From positions 1-60,155 of IMG/VR virus record IMGVR_UViG_3300025277_000021: a stretch of 60,155 bases of DNA. One strand, given 5' to 3'. The position numbers and the translations under genes are program-made. Below are positions 1 through 9,447 of the stretch, piece by piece (position 1 is the first letter of the stretch; each line of letters begins with the position of its first letter). The notes under the pieces were generated by a model. That model was given only the letters and a program-made list of their open reading frames with translations, made no database searches and was not told the DNA's origin. The stretch comes from a virus (taxonomy: Duplodnaviria; Caudoviricetes).

Positions 1-146
1 AGATGATGTTCCGCTCAGCGTCGTCGGTAATCTCGCCGTCTGCCAGAGGGGCAGTTGACATAGAATAGCTGCCATCCCAGTTGTCCTCCAGGTCAGCGCT
101 GTCGCCGGGGCCTGCAAATTTGACATAGGCAGTGGCCCCAAGAAAC
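1..146. repeat. Terminal direct repeat / circular assembly overlap (copy 1)
   Basis: Identical to 60010-60155 except position 20 (G) vs 60029 (A); it lies inside a gene that reads through the junction. Confidence 0.95.
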
Positions 147-313
147 AGAATATTCCCTTCAGGGAAATGCGCAACAACTGCGGTACCAGCGCCGTCGGCG
201 GCTCCAGCAGCATTGACAGAAATGGCAACGTCTTCAAAGCTCAGCGATTGCTTGACAATGGCTTGTGCGGCAACCGACCCCCGGTTCAATGAGCGTGCAA
301 GTCCCTTGGCCAT
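1..313 (-). CDS. Virion head-associated (decoration-like) protein, 5' part; continues across the junction into 59798-60009 (174 aa total)
   Basis: ATG at 313 with AAGGAG RBS; translates MAKGLARSLNRGSVAAQAIVKQ...DGSYSMSTAPLADG and joins the 59798 ORF; lies just downstream of the capsid gene. Confidence 0.75.
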   Translation of the reverse strand, partial: MAKGLARSLNRGSVAAQAIVKQSLSFEDVAISVNAAGAADGAGTAVVAHFPEGNILFLGATAYVKFAGPGDSADLEDNWDGSYSMSTAPLADGEITDDAERNII

Positions 314-346
314 GGTGTATCTCCTTTGAAAGCTAGGGTCGTGTTG

Positions 347-370
347 AAAAGGGCAGCCTAAGCTGCCCTT
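347..370 (-). terminator. Rho-independent terminator
   Basis: GGGCAGC/GCTGCCC stem with a 4-nt loop and a T-run on the minus strand. Confidence 0.7.
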
Positions 371-383
371 CAGGTCTTAGGCC

Positions 384-686
384 TTAGCCTTTTTGCTCGA
401 GGTGCTCTTCTTTGACCTCGTCAACACCATCATCATTGATGTCAGTGTCTGCAGCCGCAGCAACGGGGTCCATTGTCCCGTCTTCTTCGGCCAAGAGCAT
501 TTTGTCCCGTGGGCTCACAGGCCGGGTCGGGCCACGTGGGTCCATGGTCGGACCGGGGTATTTCACGCTGGAGTTCTGGCGTTGCACGTCATACTCAACG
601 GCTTTGTCCAGTTCACGGCGCTTTTTGGCCAGGTCGCGTTCCGCCTCTTTGATGTTGTCGGCGTCGGTGGTCTTGGTTTTAGCCAT
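384..686 (-). CDS. Hypothetical acidic protein after the capsid gene
   Basis: ORF with GGAGG RBS before ATG 686 (MAKTKTT). Confidence 0.7.
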   Translation of the reverse strand: MAKTKTTDADNIKEAERDLAKKRRELDKAVEYDVQRQNSSVKYPGPTMDPRGPTRPVSPRDKMLLAEEDGTMDPVAAAADTDINDDGVDEVKEEHLEQKG

Positions 687-749
687 GATGGCCTCCATAA
701 GCTTGAGGTGAAATTAGCTGGCCATAGGGTATGGCCAGCCAACAGATAC

Positions 750-1799
750 TTAGCTCTCGCGGGTGATGAGACGCGCGATTTTGATCTGCTTCCGCTCTTG
801 GAAGACACGCTGCCAGGAACCGGCGTTTGCCAGGTTGTTGGAAGTTGCAGCATTGGTCGGACCACCCGACGGGCTTGTGCCAACGTAGGCGTGGCCAGCG
901 GGGTGCAAGCACCACATAACACGGTCAACCATGTATTCCTGGCCACCACCGTCACCTGCAAGGGGCAGACGATCGGTTTCGAAGGGGGTCTCAGGGGTAC
1001 CAACGCCATAGCGAACAGCGCCAGCGCCAAACAACCAGGTGTGATAGATACCAGGTGCGGTTTGGGCTGCGCCTTTGCCGGCGGGGTTGGGAAGACCATC
1101 ATCCACGATCACACGGCGACCAAGGAAAAACGGAATGTCGACTTGGCCCGTAGCATCCGGGATGAAGTCAATCAAGTTGTTTTTCTGGGCCCGGGCAAAC
1201 ACAATGGAGTGCATGAACGCCATACCAAGCGCCTGTGCGCTGTCGCCCATGGTCACCGCAGTGTCAATGAAGGCTTCAGCCGAGAAGTCGGTCACGCCGG
1301 CATTGTAGCCCGCGCCCGAAATATCGTTGGTCAAGTCGTCCTGGTCGTGCTCGTCACCAATAGGCGCCGCAGAGTTGTCAGCAAAGACGCCCTGCATCGA
1401 AGCAATGAACATGGCCTGCAGACGGCGTGTCCAATAGTAGCCGACACGATTGGCGATAGCAGTCATGGGCTTGGCGCCTGCGAGGTCAGCCGCAAGGTCC
1501 ATGGCGCTCCACGCTTGGTTGCGCGAGAGGCGAACGGAGATTTCCGTCAGGGTCCCGATTTTCTTCGGCACGGCATTGGAGTTGTCATCATCCGTCGAGG
1601 TGTTTTCCTCGTCGTTGTCCAGGTCTTTCCAGCTTGGCGTGTTGAAGGTCAAACCACCGCCATTAAGGAAAGCGTCGATGCTCTCATCGCGAGCCACAAC
1701 GCCGGACTGGATCAGAGCGGACTTTTCTTCAGTCACGGTCTGCTTATAGGGCGTGTAGATTTCTGGGACGACAACGTCCGAGATTTTTGTAACAGCCAT
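750..1799 (-). CDS. Major capsid protein
   Basis: 349 aa; N-terminus MAVTKISDVVVPEIYTPY and C-terminal W-x-R-V...K-x-I-x-IARL typical of YuA-like coat proteins; follows the scaffold gene; AAAGGAG RBS. Confidence 0.9.
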   Translation of the reverse strand: MAVTKISDVVVPEIYTPYKQTVTEEKSALIQSGVVARDESIDAFLNGGGLTFNTPSWKDLDNDEENTSTDDDNSNAVPKKIGTLTEISVRLSRNQAWSAMDLAADLAGAKPMTAIANRVGYYWTRRLQAMFIASMQGVFADNSAAPIGDEHDQDDLTNDISGAGYNAGVTDFSAEAFIDTAVTMGDSAQALGMAFMHSIVFARAQKNNLIDFIPDATGQVDIPFFLGRRVIVDDGLPNPAGKGAAQTAPGIYHTWLFGAGAVRYGVGTPETPFETDRLPLAGDGGGQEYMVDRVMWCLHPAGHAYVGTSPSGGPTNAATSNNLANAGSWQRVFQERKQIKIARLITRES

Positions 1800-1945
1800 T
1801 GGAATGCTCCTTTAATTGGCTCTGATCTGTAGGGAGACCTGAGCCGAGCACCATGGCCAGCTCGGTGAGGAAAGTACCAGTACCATGACCAGTCTTTTTA
1901 GTGTTGGTCGCACTTGGAACCATGTCTGTGCGCCTATAGACATAG

Positions 1946-1980
1946 AGTATGCGTCGGGAGGCCAGCGTAGTAAGCCAGCG
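1946..1980 (-). promoter_or_regulatory. Putative late promoter for the capsid gene
   Basis: CGCTGG-CTTACT-N17-CATACT; same upstream motif as the terS promoter. Confidence 0.55.
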
Positions 1981-1994
1981 TTTCAAAAAAGTGT

Positions 1995-2030
1995 AAATGA
2001 AAAGTGGCACAGGTTTCCCCATGCCACTTT
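1995..2030 (-). terminator. Rho-independent terminator after the scaffold gene
   Basis: 13-bp stem (two G-U pairs) with GAAA tetraloop, followed by a T-rich tract. Confidence 0.7.
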
Positions 2031-2047
2031 AGCTTGCTTAGCCCGGT

Positions 2048-2881
2048 TTAGGCGCTTTCGGCTGGAGCAGTAGCACCAATTTTGGAACCAGCTGCTTTGG
2101 CCAGACGCTCAGCTTTGCCGCGGTCAGCCCGGACCATAGCACCCTGAGCTTCAAAGTCCCAACCTTTGGCACTCCAGGGATTGACACCGTTGCCAGCCCC
2201 GTCTTTGCCACCGCCGGCACCACCGCCTTGAGAAGCAGGCCACCAATGCGGACGCTTTTCTTTCATATCGGTCAGCCAAATATCGGGCGTGATACCCGCT
2301 TCAATGCCACGAGCGCCTTCCTTGGCAACAATTGCCCCGTCTTCTGCAACCTCAAACAGGTGCGTGCCCATAAAGACAATATCGTCCATCGCCGAGCCCA
2401 CGACCTTTTCGTCAGCAGCCAGCGAGCGCAAGCGGCTCTCGATAGTGCCGTTGTTGATTGTGGTGTGCAGCGTGGCATTCTCGCCTTCGAGTTCCTGGTT
2501 GCGCGACTTGAGCTGGTCACGTTCGCGTTCAATGGGCTTCAGTTGACGCTTGAGACGTGCTTCAACCATTTCTTCCAATTTCGTCTCGTCGACTTTGCCA
2601 CCTTCGCCCGCTTCAATACGAGCGCGCAGGTCTTCCAGTTCGTCCAGCTGCTCAACAACTTCGTCGATGTCCACGTCGTCGCCACCCAGCTTAGCAACTT
2701 TGTCTTTTGTTTCTTTGTGGGCTTTGCGCTCTTTGTTGAGGCTGTCTTGGAGCTTCCGAGTGTCCTCAGAGGTTTTCATCCCCTTAACACCGGTCAGATG
2801 CCATTTGCCATCTTTCTCGGTATAAAGGTCTTCATAACCGCTGGGAATTTCGTCAGCAGAGTTGTACATAAGTTCAAGCAT
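2048..2881 (-). CDS. Capsid scaffolding protein
   Basis: Coiled-coil acidic protein immediately upstream of the capsid gene; LY.EKDGK N-terminal motif, GGGAGGG linker, NPW motif. Confidence 0.8.
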   Translation of the reverse strand: MLELMYNSADEIPSGYEDLYTEKDGKWHLTGVKGMKTSEDTRKLQDSLNKERKAHKETKDKVAKLGGDDVDIDEVVEQLDELEDLRARIEAGEGGKVDETKLEEMVEARLKRQLKPIERERDQLKSRNQELEGENATLHTTINNGTIESRLRSLAADEKVVGSAMDDIVFMGTHLFEVAEDGAIVAKEGARGIEAGITPDIWLTDMKEKRPHWWPASQGGGAGGGKDGAGNGVNPWSAKGWDFEAQGAMVRADRGKAERLAKAAGSKIGATAPAESA

Positions 2882-2936
2882 TGTTTGCTCCTTTTAATTG
2901 TCAAAGCGCCATGCGCTTTTGGCCCTCATGGGCCGT

Positions 2937-3950
2937 TTACTGAAACGGAACGTCCATTCCAGCGGCTTCGAAAACCCGGCTTTCTCTTTTTGCCATGGTT
3001 TCCAAATCTATTCCTCGCCAATTTGGTTCGGAGAAATTTTGTAGGTCAAGCGTGCCTTCGCGAAACGCTCTGCCTTGTCGTGGTCCAAGCACTTCGTCTT
3101 GGTCTCTTGTGGAAAGACGATTGAGCCATTTTCGATAACTGGGTAGGTTCTGGGGACCAGCTCCGACCAACGGAATTCTAGTCGATCGACAGTACCAGTG
3201 GACAGGAGGCCGAGGTCCATCATTTGCGCCGTAAACTGTTCCATGTAGGTCTTTGCATTGTTCAGTTGTTCGGGAGTCAAGCAGGGCAACGTAGATTTCC
3301 TTTCCAACTAAAGGGTTTTCCATGTTCACGTTCACGCGAGCCAGGTCAGCAAAGGTGTCTGTTGCCGTTCTTACCAGAGTATCCAGTTCGTTGCGGGCGG
3401 TGGCTGTGGCCCCTCCGCGCCCGCCGTAGCTTGCGTGGCCGATAAGCCTGGCACGCATAGCAGCCTCGTTTTCGCCGAGACGCGCACCGATAGCTAAATT
3501 CTCGCTAATGCGGTGCACATCATTGGCCAATAGCCGTTGTTGCCACTGAGGAACGCTATGGCCCATGACCAAAGCCTCTTCAGTAATGGCGCTTGGAACA
3601 TTGACGTTCTTCCCGCCCGCGCGCAATGCTGCAGAAAAGAACAGGCGCTCATAGTCTTGAACCTGTTTAAGGTTAGTGGTCAGTTGAGCCAGGGAACGCG
3701 AGAAGCCTCCGCGACGCACTGCCATAACCTCTTGCTTGTACTGGTCGAACTGGTCCAGTGTCCGCTTGTCATCAACCCGAAGTCCACCAACTCTGGCGAC
3801 TAGGGCAGCGGCACTTGCAGCAATACTTCCAAGCTCAGGCTCAGTCCTATCGAGCTCCTCCTGCGCCTGAGCTTGGTAATGGACTGACAGTTGCATCAAA
3901 CGAATTTGGTGCATGATTAGCCAGTCCAGTATCGTGTCAAAGGTTTCCAT
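2937..3950 (-). CDS. Head morphogenesis protein (SPP1 gp7 / Mu gpF family)
   Basis: LDSRTT..C..LHG...PP.HW.CRS motif; located after the portal gene. Confidence 0.85.
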   Translation of the reverse strand: METFDTILDWLIMHQIRLMQLSVHYQAQAQEELDRTEPELGSIAASAAALVARVGGLRVDDKRTLDQFDQYKQEVMAVRRGGFSRSLAQLTTNLKQVQDYERLFFSAALRAGGKNVNVPSAITEEALVMGHSVPQWQQRLLANDVHRISENLAIGARLGENEAAMRARLIGHASYGGRGGATATARNELDTLVRTATDTFADLARVNVNMENPLVGKEIYVALLDSRTTEQCKDLHGTVYGANDGPRPPVHWYCRSTRIPLVGAGPQNLPSYRKWLNRLSTRDQDEVLGPRQGRAFREGTLDLQNFSEPNWRGIDLETMAKRESRVFEAAGMDVPFQ

Positions 3951-5530
3951 CAGTTATCCGTTGTCTTGTTAGGACCTGGAGTTCCGCGGTCAGACTTCTG
4001 CCGCGGGTCTTCTGGTTTACCACGGCCCCGGTTGCGATCGTCCTCGCTGTCTGATCCGCCACCGCCAGTTTCATCGTCATTGCGAATATCCAGCACGGTT
4101 CCCATGACGAGGCTTCTCTCACCTTCAATCTCACTCATCTCCTCGTCGAAGGTCTTATCGGTCAATTCCTTCTTGCGGAAGTTGGTGTGGATAGACTTGA
4201 GCGACAGCGGAGCACCCATGGATTTCGCCTGCATATACTCCAGAACGTCCTGACCAGTAAAGGCGTCGTCGGTGAAGTCCAAGTTAGGCTCAACTTCAAC
4301 CTCGTCAGGGTTGGCCCCTACAAATTCAGCGATTTGCTTCAGGGACCGCTCGAGCCCAGCTGCTCCGGTCATTGCTAGGGTACGAAGCGTTGTTGTCCTG
4401 GCAGCTACTCGGATGCGAAGCGCATCGCCTGACTGCCTGGCCGTGTCGCCGAAGTCAAGCAGACGCGCACCACGCTCTGCAGCTTGCTCCTTATCGGCCT
4501 TAAGCGCTTCGCGTTGCTCTTGCAAACCGTCAGCAGAAACGCCAATATACTTGGCATCGCCGCCCAGAGGCACTTCGATGCGAGCGCCTGAGCCCACTTT
4601 GAGGTCTCCGTCGTCCTCGTCAATGACCGAACCGATGATAACCAGGGTATCCTGACCTTGCATGAACAGGGTCTGACGATAGTCTGCCTCACCCCGATAG
4701 ATTGCAAGAGTGAGGTTGGACAGACCGATAAGCACGGGAGCTTCAGGAGCACTTTCCAAATCACCGGCGTTGATAAACGTGAACGGAATATAGGGTAGGC
4801 CACGACCCGCAATTTTGGGCTGGACAGCCATAGCATCTGGGATATTCCCATCTTTGCCACGAACTTGCAAAGCCCAGAAACTGTTGGCGTCCCCGCCTTC
4901 GCGCTCGGCGCCCATAAGCTCCTGAAGATCAGAAGTCGGGTCCAGCAGGACGCGATACTTGTCCTGCGTTTGCCAGTTGAACCCAGAACGTTCGTCCTCT
5001 GTTTCGTCCAGCACAAGAAAGTCAAGCGAAGACTTGTTATCTTCCCGCTTGCCCGTGTCCCAGTTGATAATGTTTGGAGCTTCATACGTTGCGATATAGG
5101 GAAGAGCACTTGGCCCCTCTCCAGTGCGCACGTCGACCAGCAAACCGTAGCGTGAGTGAAGAAGCTGATGATAATTAATATCCCGCAGCAAAGCTTTCAG
5201 GGAATGCCCTTCAGCTGTGATCTTCTCGCGCAGCGGCTCCATCTTGGCCGGAAGCTTAATTTGAGCGGGTTTACGGTTCATGATGTCAACCATCATGTTG
5301 ATGGCGTCTTTCACAAAGTCGTGGTAAACCGCACGCTTGCGATAGGCCTCATAAGCCTGGTACCCAGGTTGCTGACTGGAGTTCATACCGTCAGCAACCA
5401 TATTGCTTGTAGGGAACAGGTACGTAGTCCCCGCGTCCTTAACAGTGCGTTCACCAGCGTAGGTGTCGCTCATCTGTTGCCAATCCTCAGAGAACCGGTC
5501 GAAGAGCGGGTGTTTTTCATCAACTGACAT
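3950..5530 (-). CDS. Portal protein (DUF4055-type)
   Basis: 526 aa directly after terL; Y..Y..RAVY, IINW, IPFTF and SGDALRIR motifs. Confidence 0.85.
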   Translation of the reverse strand: MSVDEKHPLFDRFSEDWQQMSDTYAGERTVKDAGTTYLFPTSNMVADGMNSSQQPGYQAYEAYRKRAVYHDFVKDAINMMVDIMNRKPAQIKLPAKMEPLREKITAEGHSLKALLRDINYHQLLHSRYGLLVDVRTGEGPSALPYIATYEAPNIINWDTGKREDNKSSLDFLVLDETEDERSGFNWQTQDKYRVLLDPTSDLQELMGAEREGGDANSFWALQVRGKDGNIPDAMAVQPKIAGRGLPYIPFTFINAGDLESAPEAPVLIGLSNLTLAIYRGEADYRQTLFMQGQDTLVIIGSVIDEDDGDLKVGSGARIEVPLGGDAKYIGVSADGLQEQREALKADKEQAAERGARLLDFGDTARQSGDALRIRVAARTTTLRTLAMTGAAGLERSLKQIAEFVGANPDEVEVEPNLDFTDDAFTGQDVLEYMQAKSMGAPLSLKSIHTNFRKKELTDKTFDEEMSEIEGERSLVMGTVLDIRNDDETGGGGSDSEDDRNRGRGKPEDPRQKSDRGTPGPNKTTDN

Positions 5531-5541
5531 TCAGTGGCTCC

Positions 5542-7185
5542 TTAGTGGTGACCAGTAGTGCTCCCGGACTTGATACTACGCCGCTTGTATCGGACACGAT
5601 ACCTGCATTCGTCGCCGATGTGATCTTCCGCATCCGTATCAACGTCGTCCATATCATTCTCGTCCCGAGGCAGCGCTGGAACAGTTCGTTGAAATTGCTC
5701 ACAAGTATTGAAGATGAACAATCCAGGTTTTTCTCTTAAGCCCTCTTCTGGAGGGTCTAGCTTCTCGGGCGGAATGGCTGCTTTCATCATAGAACGCATT
5801 TGTTCCCAGCCTTGTTTACGTGAGCCTGGAGACTTGTCCGAGTATTCCCAGTGAACGCCCTGGTATAGCTGGCCCTCGATACGAACAGGCTGAGCCATGT
5901 CAGTCGCTTTCGACTTGGCGCTTGGATCATCCTTCTTACGACCCATCTCATCATCAAAGATAGCGTTGTCCGCCGGACCCGGCTTGACCCGTGACCATCG
6001 ACGGTTATTGCGGTTTCTCCAGCCCATTTCCAGCTCAAACTCGATAATGCCTTTAGCGATTTCCCACGCTAGCATACGAGAGCCTTCATTGGGCTTTCCG
6101 GTCCAGCCATACCACTCAGCAATTCGGAATAGATCGCCTCGAACTGTTGAGCGACGGTGGCCGTAGGCGTCCGTATAATCTGACCCGTCGCTTTCGGCCC
6201 ACCAACCAACTGAGAACGGTGCGTTTGAGCCCCAGTCGAAAGAACGATCAATGCGCCAACTCGGCGGGATTGCAAAGGGCTCCAGAACAATATGGTCTTT
6301 GCCCATAAACCAAATGTCGTCGAACATACCGCCAGCGATGATGTCCCAAGAACCATCGAGCCACGCTGCAAGTTCCGCGGGGTTCCTGGCCGCAGTGCGG
6401 ATATTGCGCTTGTAGTCGGGGTCAGCAGTGAGGAGGACCCGGTTCTCGTCCAAGTATCCATGAATTGCAACCCGAGGTGCCTCGAGTTCTCCGCTTTCGT
6501 CTCGCGCATTGGTAATGAGTTGGCCGATGATCTGGCCTTTAGCAACGGGAAGTCGATAACGTGCCTTAACCCAGTTGTGCCCGACCCCATACGGGTTGGT
6601 AGTTGCCCGAACTTTCCGGGGCATGCCAACTTTGGTTGAGCGAAGGCAGGAGAACATGGATTTGAAGCACTTGTCATCGGGCCAAGTTGTAAGTTCTTCC
6701 CATCCGATAAAGGGATAGGCGTGGCCGTGATACTTCCAGTAATCGGTAGCTTTTGCGAATTGACGGAAATAGAGCTTCTCCCCACTTGGCCACTCCCAGA
6801 ATGATTTGGTCTCATTGTACTTAGCCCCAGGCCAAATACGAGGGATCCATTTGCGGGACTTCTCGATAATATCCTGCAGGTCAGGATAGCTTTTCCGAAA
6901 GATGATGCCACGCCATTCTTCGCCAAAGCCCTTGCCGACGTCCTGGCAAAAGTCCATAATCAGCGCATCAGTCTTCCCTGGACCGCGTGTCCCTTCGTAC
7001 AGAACCTCAGTGACTGGGCAACTCAGGAAAGCCTCCTGGCTCCCGGGCTGCGGTGCCCACACCACTGCTTCCTGACGACCGTTGGGTTTGACAACAAAAG
7101 CTTTGAGCCCGTCGTCGGTCTTGCGCCATTCAATGCGCTGCGACCCGGGCGCAAATTCTGCCTGGCCTCCAAAGGGTGCACTCAT
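5542..7185 (-). CDS. terL: Terminase large subunit
   Basis: Walker A GTRGPGKT, Walker B FIGWEE, ATTNP coupling motif, RNase H-like SFDWG and C-terminal EDHIGDECRY. Confidence 0.93.
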   Translation of the reverse strand: MSAPFGGQAEFAPGSQRIEWRKTDDGLKAFVVKPNGRQEAVVWAPQPGSQEAFLSCPVTEVLYEGTRGPGKTDALIMDFCQDVGKGFGEEWRGIIFRKSYPDLQDIIEKSRKWIPRIWPGAKYNETKSFWEWPSGEKLYFRQFAKATDYWKYHGHAYPFIGWEELTTWPDDKCFKSMFSCLRSTKVGMPRKVRATTNPYGVGHNWVKARYRLPVAKGQIIGQLITNARDESGELEAPRVAIHGYLDENRVLLTADPDYKRNIRTAARNPAELAAWLDGSWDIIAGGMFDDIWFMGKDHIVLEPFAIPPSWRIDRSFDWGSNAPFSVGWWAESDGSDYTDAYGHRRSTVRGDLFRIAEWYGWTGKPNEGSRMLAWEIAKGIIEFELEMGWRNRNNRRWSRVKPGPADNAIFDDEMGRKKDDPSAKSKATDMAQPVRIEGQLYQGVHWEYSDKSPGSRKQGWEQMRSMMKAAIPPEKLDPPEEGLREKPGLFIFNTCEQFQRTVPALPRDENDMDDVDTDAEDHIGDECRYRVRYKRRSIKSGSTTGHH

Positions 7186-7191
7186 CTCAAA

Positions 7192-7518
7192 TTATCCTTG
7201 TTGAAGCAAGCGGGTGCGTACCAACTCTGTTGCTGCAATCAACCCTGGTTCCCACTGGCCGACAGGATAGGTAATGCTAGACCGACTGCCCACCAATTCC
7301 ACAGCAACGACCAGTACTCTGATTTTGCCCTCCTGAGCCAGCTGCAAGAACGGTTCCAACTCGCGCATCGCGTATGCTGCCAAGTCTTCTTTAGTATCTC
7401 CGCCAGCTTCCGGAATGGGCCTGAAGCTTTCGAGTGCCACGACCTTGCCATCCTTAAGGTCGGTGCGTACCGTTTGGCCGTCGGTTGGCTCGGTCGGATC
7501 ATCAGGCGAGTGGGTCAA
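7192..7518 (-). CDS. Hypothetical protein between terS and terL
   Basis: 108-aa ORF filling the gap on the operon strand. Confidence 0.55.
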   Translation of the reverse strand: MTHSPDDPTEPTDGQTVRTDLKDGKVVALESFRPIPEAGGDTKEDLAAYAMRELEPFLQLAQEGKIRVLVVAVELVGSRSSITYPVGQWEPGLIAATELVRTRLLQQG

Positions 7519-8464
7519 TGTCGCTCTCCTCGAGTGCTTTGAGTTCTTCGGGTGTCAGCCCCGGTCTCGTGTTGTATTCAGCCCCGCGCGGACCGGACTG
7601 TTGAAGATCAGGACGCTTCAGGGGCCTACGATCCTCCCCTTTACCAATTTCCTTGTTCTCCATATACCACTTCATGAACGCGGCCTGCTTCTCTTCCAAC
7701 GCCGGGTCCTGATCCATGGCTTGCTGCGCCATTTTCTGTTCCATAACCATGCGCACAGAAGACTTGCCAGTCCGCCGCTCCAAGCCCGTCTCCGGATCAA
7801 TACCGTCCTCGGGCATTTCAGCCGGATACACGGGCGTGCCTTCAATAGTCTTGCCGTCGTCGTTATCCCTGAACCGCGCAGCCCAATCCTCAGCGCTCAG
7901 ATTAGACTGGTCGCTCTGGGGAATTGCCAGAACACCGCCACTAATCTCCGCCTCAATTTTCATGTTCTCGCGGAACTTCTCGGGTCGACGCGCCTTCAGC
8001 AGGATTTCTAGGAGCCTGTCACTGTAGCGGCGAATAGTAAGTGGAATAGGACGCCCGTGGGCATCCAATTCGAGCTCACCAGTGGTTGCGTCTCGTACGA
8101 AGGCCTGAATGCCCTTGTGTACAACTGGTTCTTCGTACCCGTCAACCGCACGCCGTTGTGCTTCCTGCTCCAAGTAGTCATTGCCAATCTCCAGTGCCGC
8201 ATCCCAAGCTTCATGGAACTCGGCGACCAGAGGTTTCCCTTCGTCGTCAAGCCCACCCATATCAATGGTGTATCCGGGGTACCCATCTTCACTCCGGCGC
8301 TTCCAATAGTACATCAACCAGGGTGTGATCCGACAACGACGGGCGGTCTCTGAGACATTGGCGCAGTCCGCCAACTCAGCAACACACTGCTCAAGCATCT
8401 CTTTAGAGCGCTTCTGGTTGTGATTTGGCTTTGCTACATTACGAGCAGGTCGGTGCATTGCCAT
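7502..8464 (-). CDS. terS: Terminase small subunit
   Basis: N-terminal HTH (NVSETARRCRI...YYWK), LE.EA.RRAV.G and YSDRLLEILLKARRPEKFRE motifs; upstream of terL. Confidence 0.8.
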   Translation of the reverse strand: MAMHRPARNVAKPNHNQKRSKEMLEQCVAELADCANVSETARRCRITPWLMYYWKRRSEDGYPGYTIDMGGLDDEGKPLVAEFHEAWDAALEIGNDYLEQEAQRRAVDGYEEPVVHKGIQAFVRDATTGELELDAHGRPIPLTIRRYSDRLLEILLKARRPEKFRENMKIEAEISGGVLAIPQSDQSNLSAEDWAARFRDNDDGKTIEGTPVYPAEMPEDGIDPETGLERRTGKSSVRMVMEQKMAQQAMDQDPALEEKQAAFMKWYMENKEIGKGEDRRPLKRPDLQQSGPRGAEYNTRPGLTPEELKALEESDIDPLA

Positions 8465-8495
8465 TTTGGCTCTCCGGAGTGGGTTAACTTTGAAC

Positions 8496-8532
8496 TATAT
8501 AGCCATCTTACAGCACCATCGTATGCCAGCGT
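8496..8532 (-). promoter_or_regulatory. Putative late promoter for the packaging operon
   Basis: ACGCTGG-CATACG-N18-TATATA. Confidence 0.5.
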
Positions 8533-8812
8533 TGGCTTATAATCGCTTAGACTGGGAGGAACTTTGGGTTCAAACCTGTTTTTCTAATATTTTTGGAGGG
8601 CTAATAAGCTATCAGAGCGCCTAGGTTCTAAGCCCCATTGCATGGAAAGGCTATTTAAGACCGGGACTTTAACTTCATTTTCCCTGATACCAGCTTTTGA
8701 AACCATTCATAGCTGCGCGAAAACAGGCCAGAGGGCACTGTATGTCGTGTGAGCTGGTCACTACCCCTACTGAATGCCGATGAAAAAAGATTGGAAAAAA
8801 GAGTTTTGTGTA

Positions 8813-8841
8813 TTTACGAAGTGTGAGTTCCAGTCTATAAA
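8813..8841 (+). promoter_or_regulatory. Sigma70-like early promoter
   Basis: TTTACG-N17-TATAAA with upstream A-tracts (UP element-like). Confidence 0.65.
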
Positions 8842-8856
8842 GAATGTATCAAGAGG

Positions 8857-8897
8857 ACAAACACAAGGACACAAACAAACAAACACAAACAAACAAA
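8857..8897 (+). repeat. ACAA/ACAC low-complexity tandem repeat in the early leader
   Basis: ACAAACACAAGGACACAAACAAACAAACACAAACAAACAAA; almost free of G and T. Confidence 0.8.
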
Positions 8898-8981
8898 GAG
8901 AGTGATGAATAAGTCACACTCAATCAGACTACCCAACTCAGAGACTTCAAAGGTCTCACACTTTCAATCTGGAGAAAACCC

Positions 8982-9203
8982 ATGTCTACTTTTAAGAACT
9001 GTACCCACGTCGTAAAAACCCTTCTTCTTGAAGGTGATCTTTCCTACAAGGAGATCGCCAACAGGGCGAGGTCCCACTTCCCTGACGCCAAGACCTCAGA
9101 CAAGTCCGTCGCGAGTATCGCCCGTGATATGAGAAAGTTGGGTCTTCTTGAAAAGAGGGAACCCAAGAGAACACGTGAAGTCCAACTTGATCTTCCTCTC
9201 TAA
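8982..9203 (+). CDS. Small HTH-like DNA-binding protein (first early gene)
   Basis: LSYKEIA...FPDAKTS helix pattern; GGAGAAAACCC RBS; C-terminal QLDLPL. Confidence 0.7.
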   Translation: MSTFKNCTHVVKTLLLEGDLSYKEIANRARSHFPDAKTSDKSVASIARDMRKLGLLEKREPKRTREVQLDLPL

Positions 9204-9273
9204 GTTGGGTTCTTGGACACACTCCTTGTGAGTGTGTCTGACTAACCCAATGTCCATGAAAAGGAGAACCCCC

Positions 9274-9447
9274 ATGGAAATTATCTTCGCCCTCATTCTT
9301 GTCGTCAGTGGTGAACCCGAGTATCAGAAGGTCTACAAGACCGAGGCCGGGTGTAAACGGGCCATTACCCGGGAGGTCAATTCTGGTGAGGCCTCCTCCG
9401 GATTTTGTAACCGTGTCGAGGTACCCTTGACCCAGGCGGGTGAATGA
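9274..9447 (+). CDS. Hypothetical early protein
   Basis: AGGAG RBS before ATG 9274 (MEIIFALIL). Confidence 0.6.
   Translation: MEIIFALILVVSGEPEYQKVYKTEAGCKRAITREVNSGEASSGFCNRVEVPLTQAGE

Noticed and set aside
1-146. 146-bp end repeat as a true physical terminal repeat
   Set aside because: It falls inside a structural gene that reads through the junction, so it is best explained as circular assembly overlap; the single mismatch is synonymous (GAC/GAT).
393-1832. 479-aa plus-strand ORF and other long antisense ORFs (2228-3124, 33059-33943, 40666-41820, 45431-46741, 56030-57181)
   Set aside because: They are shadows of well-supported genes on the opposite strand, with no recognisable motifs.
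8857-8897. ACAA repeats as a CRISPR or iteron array
   Set aside because: Low-complexity 4-nt units with no spacers.
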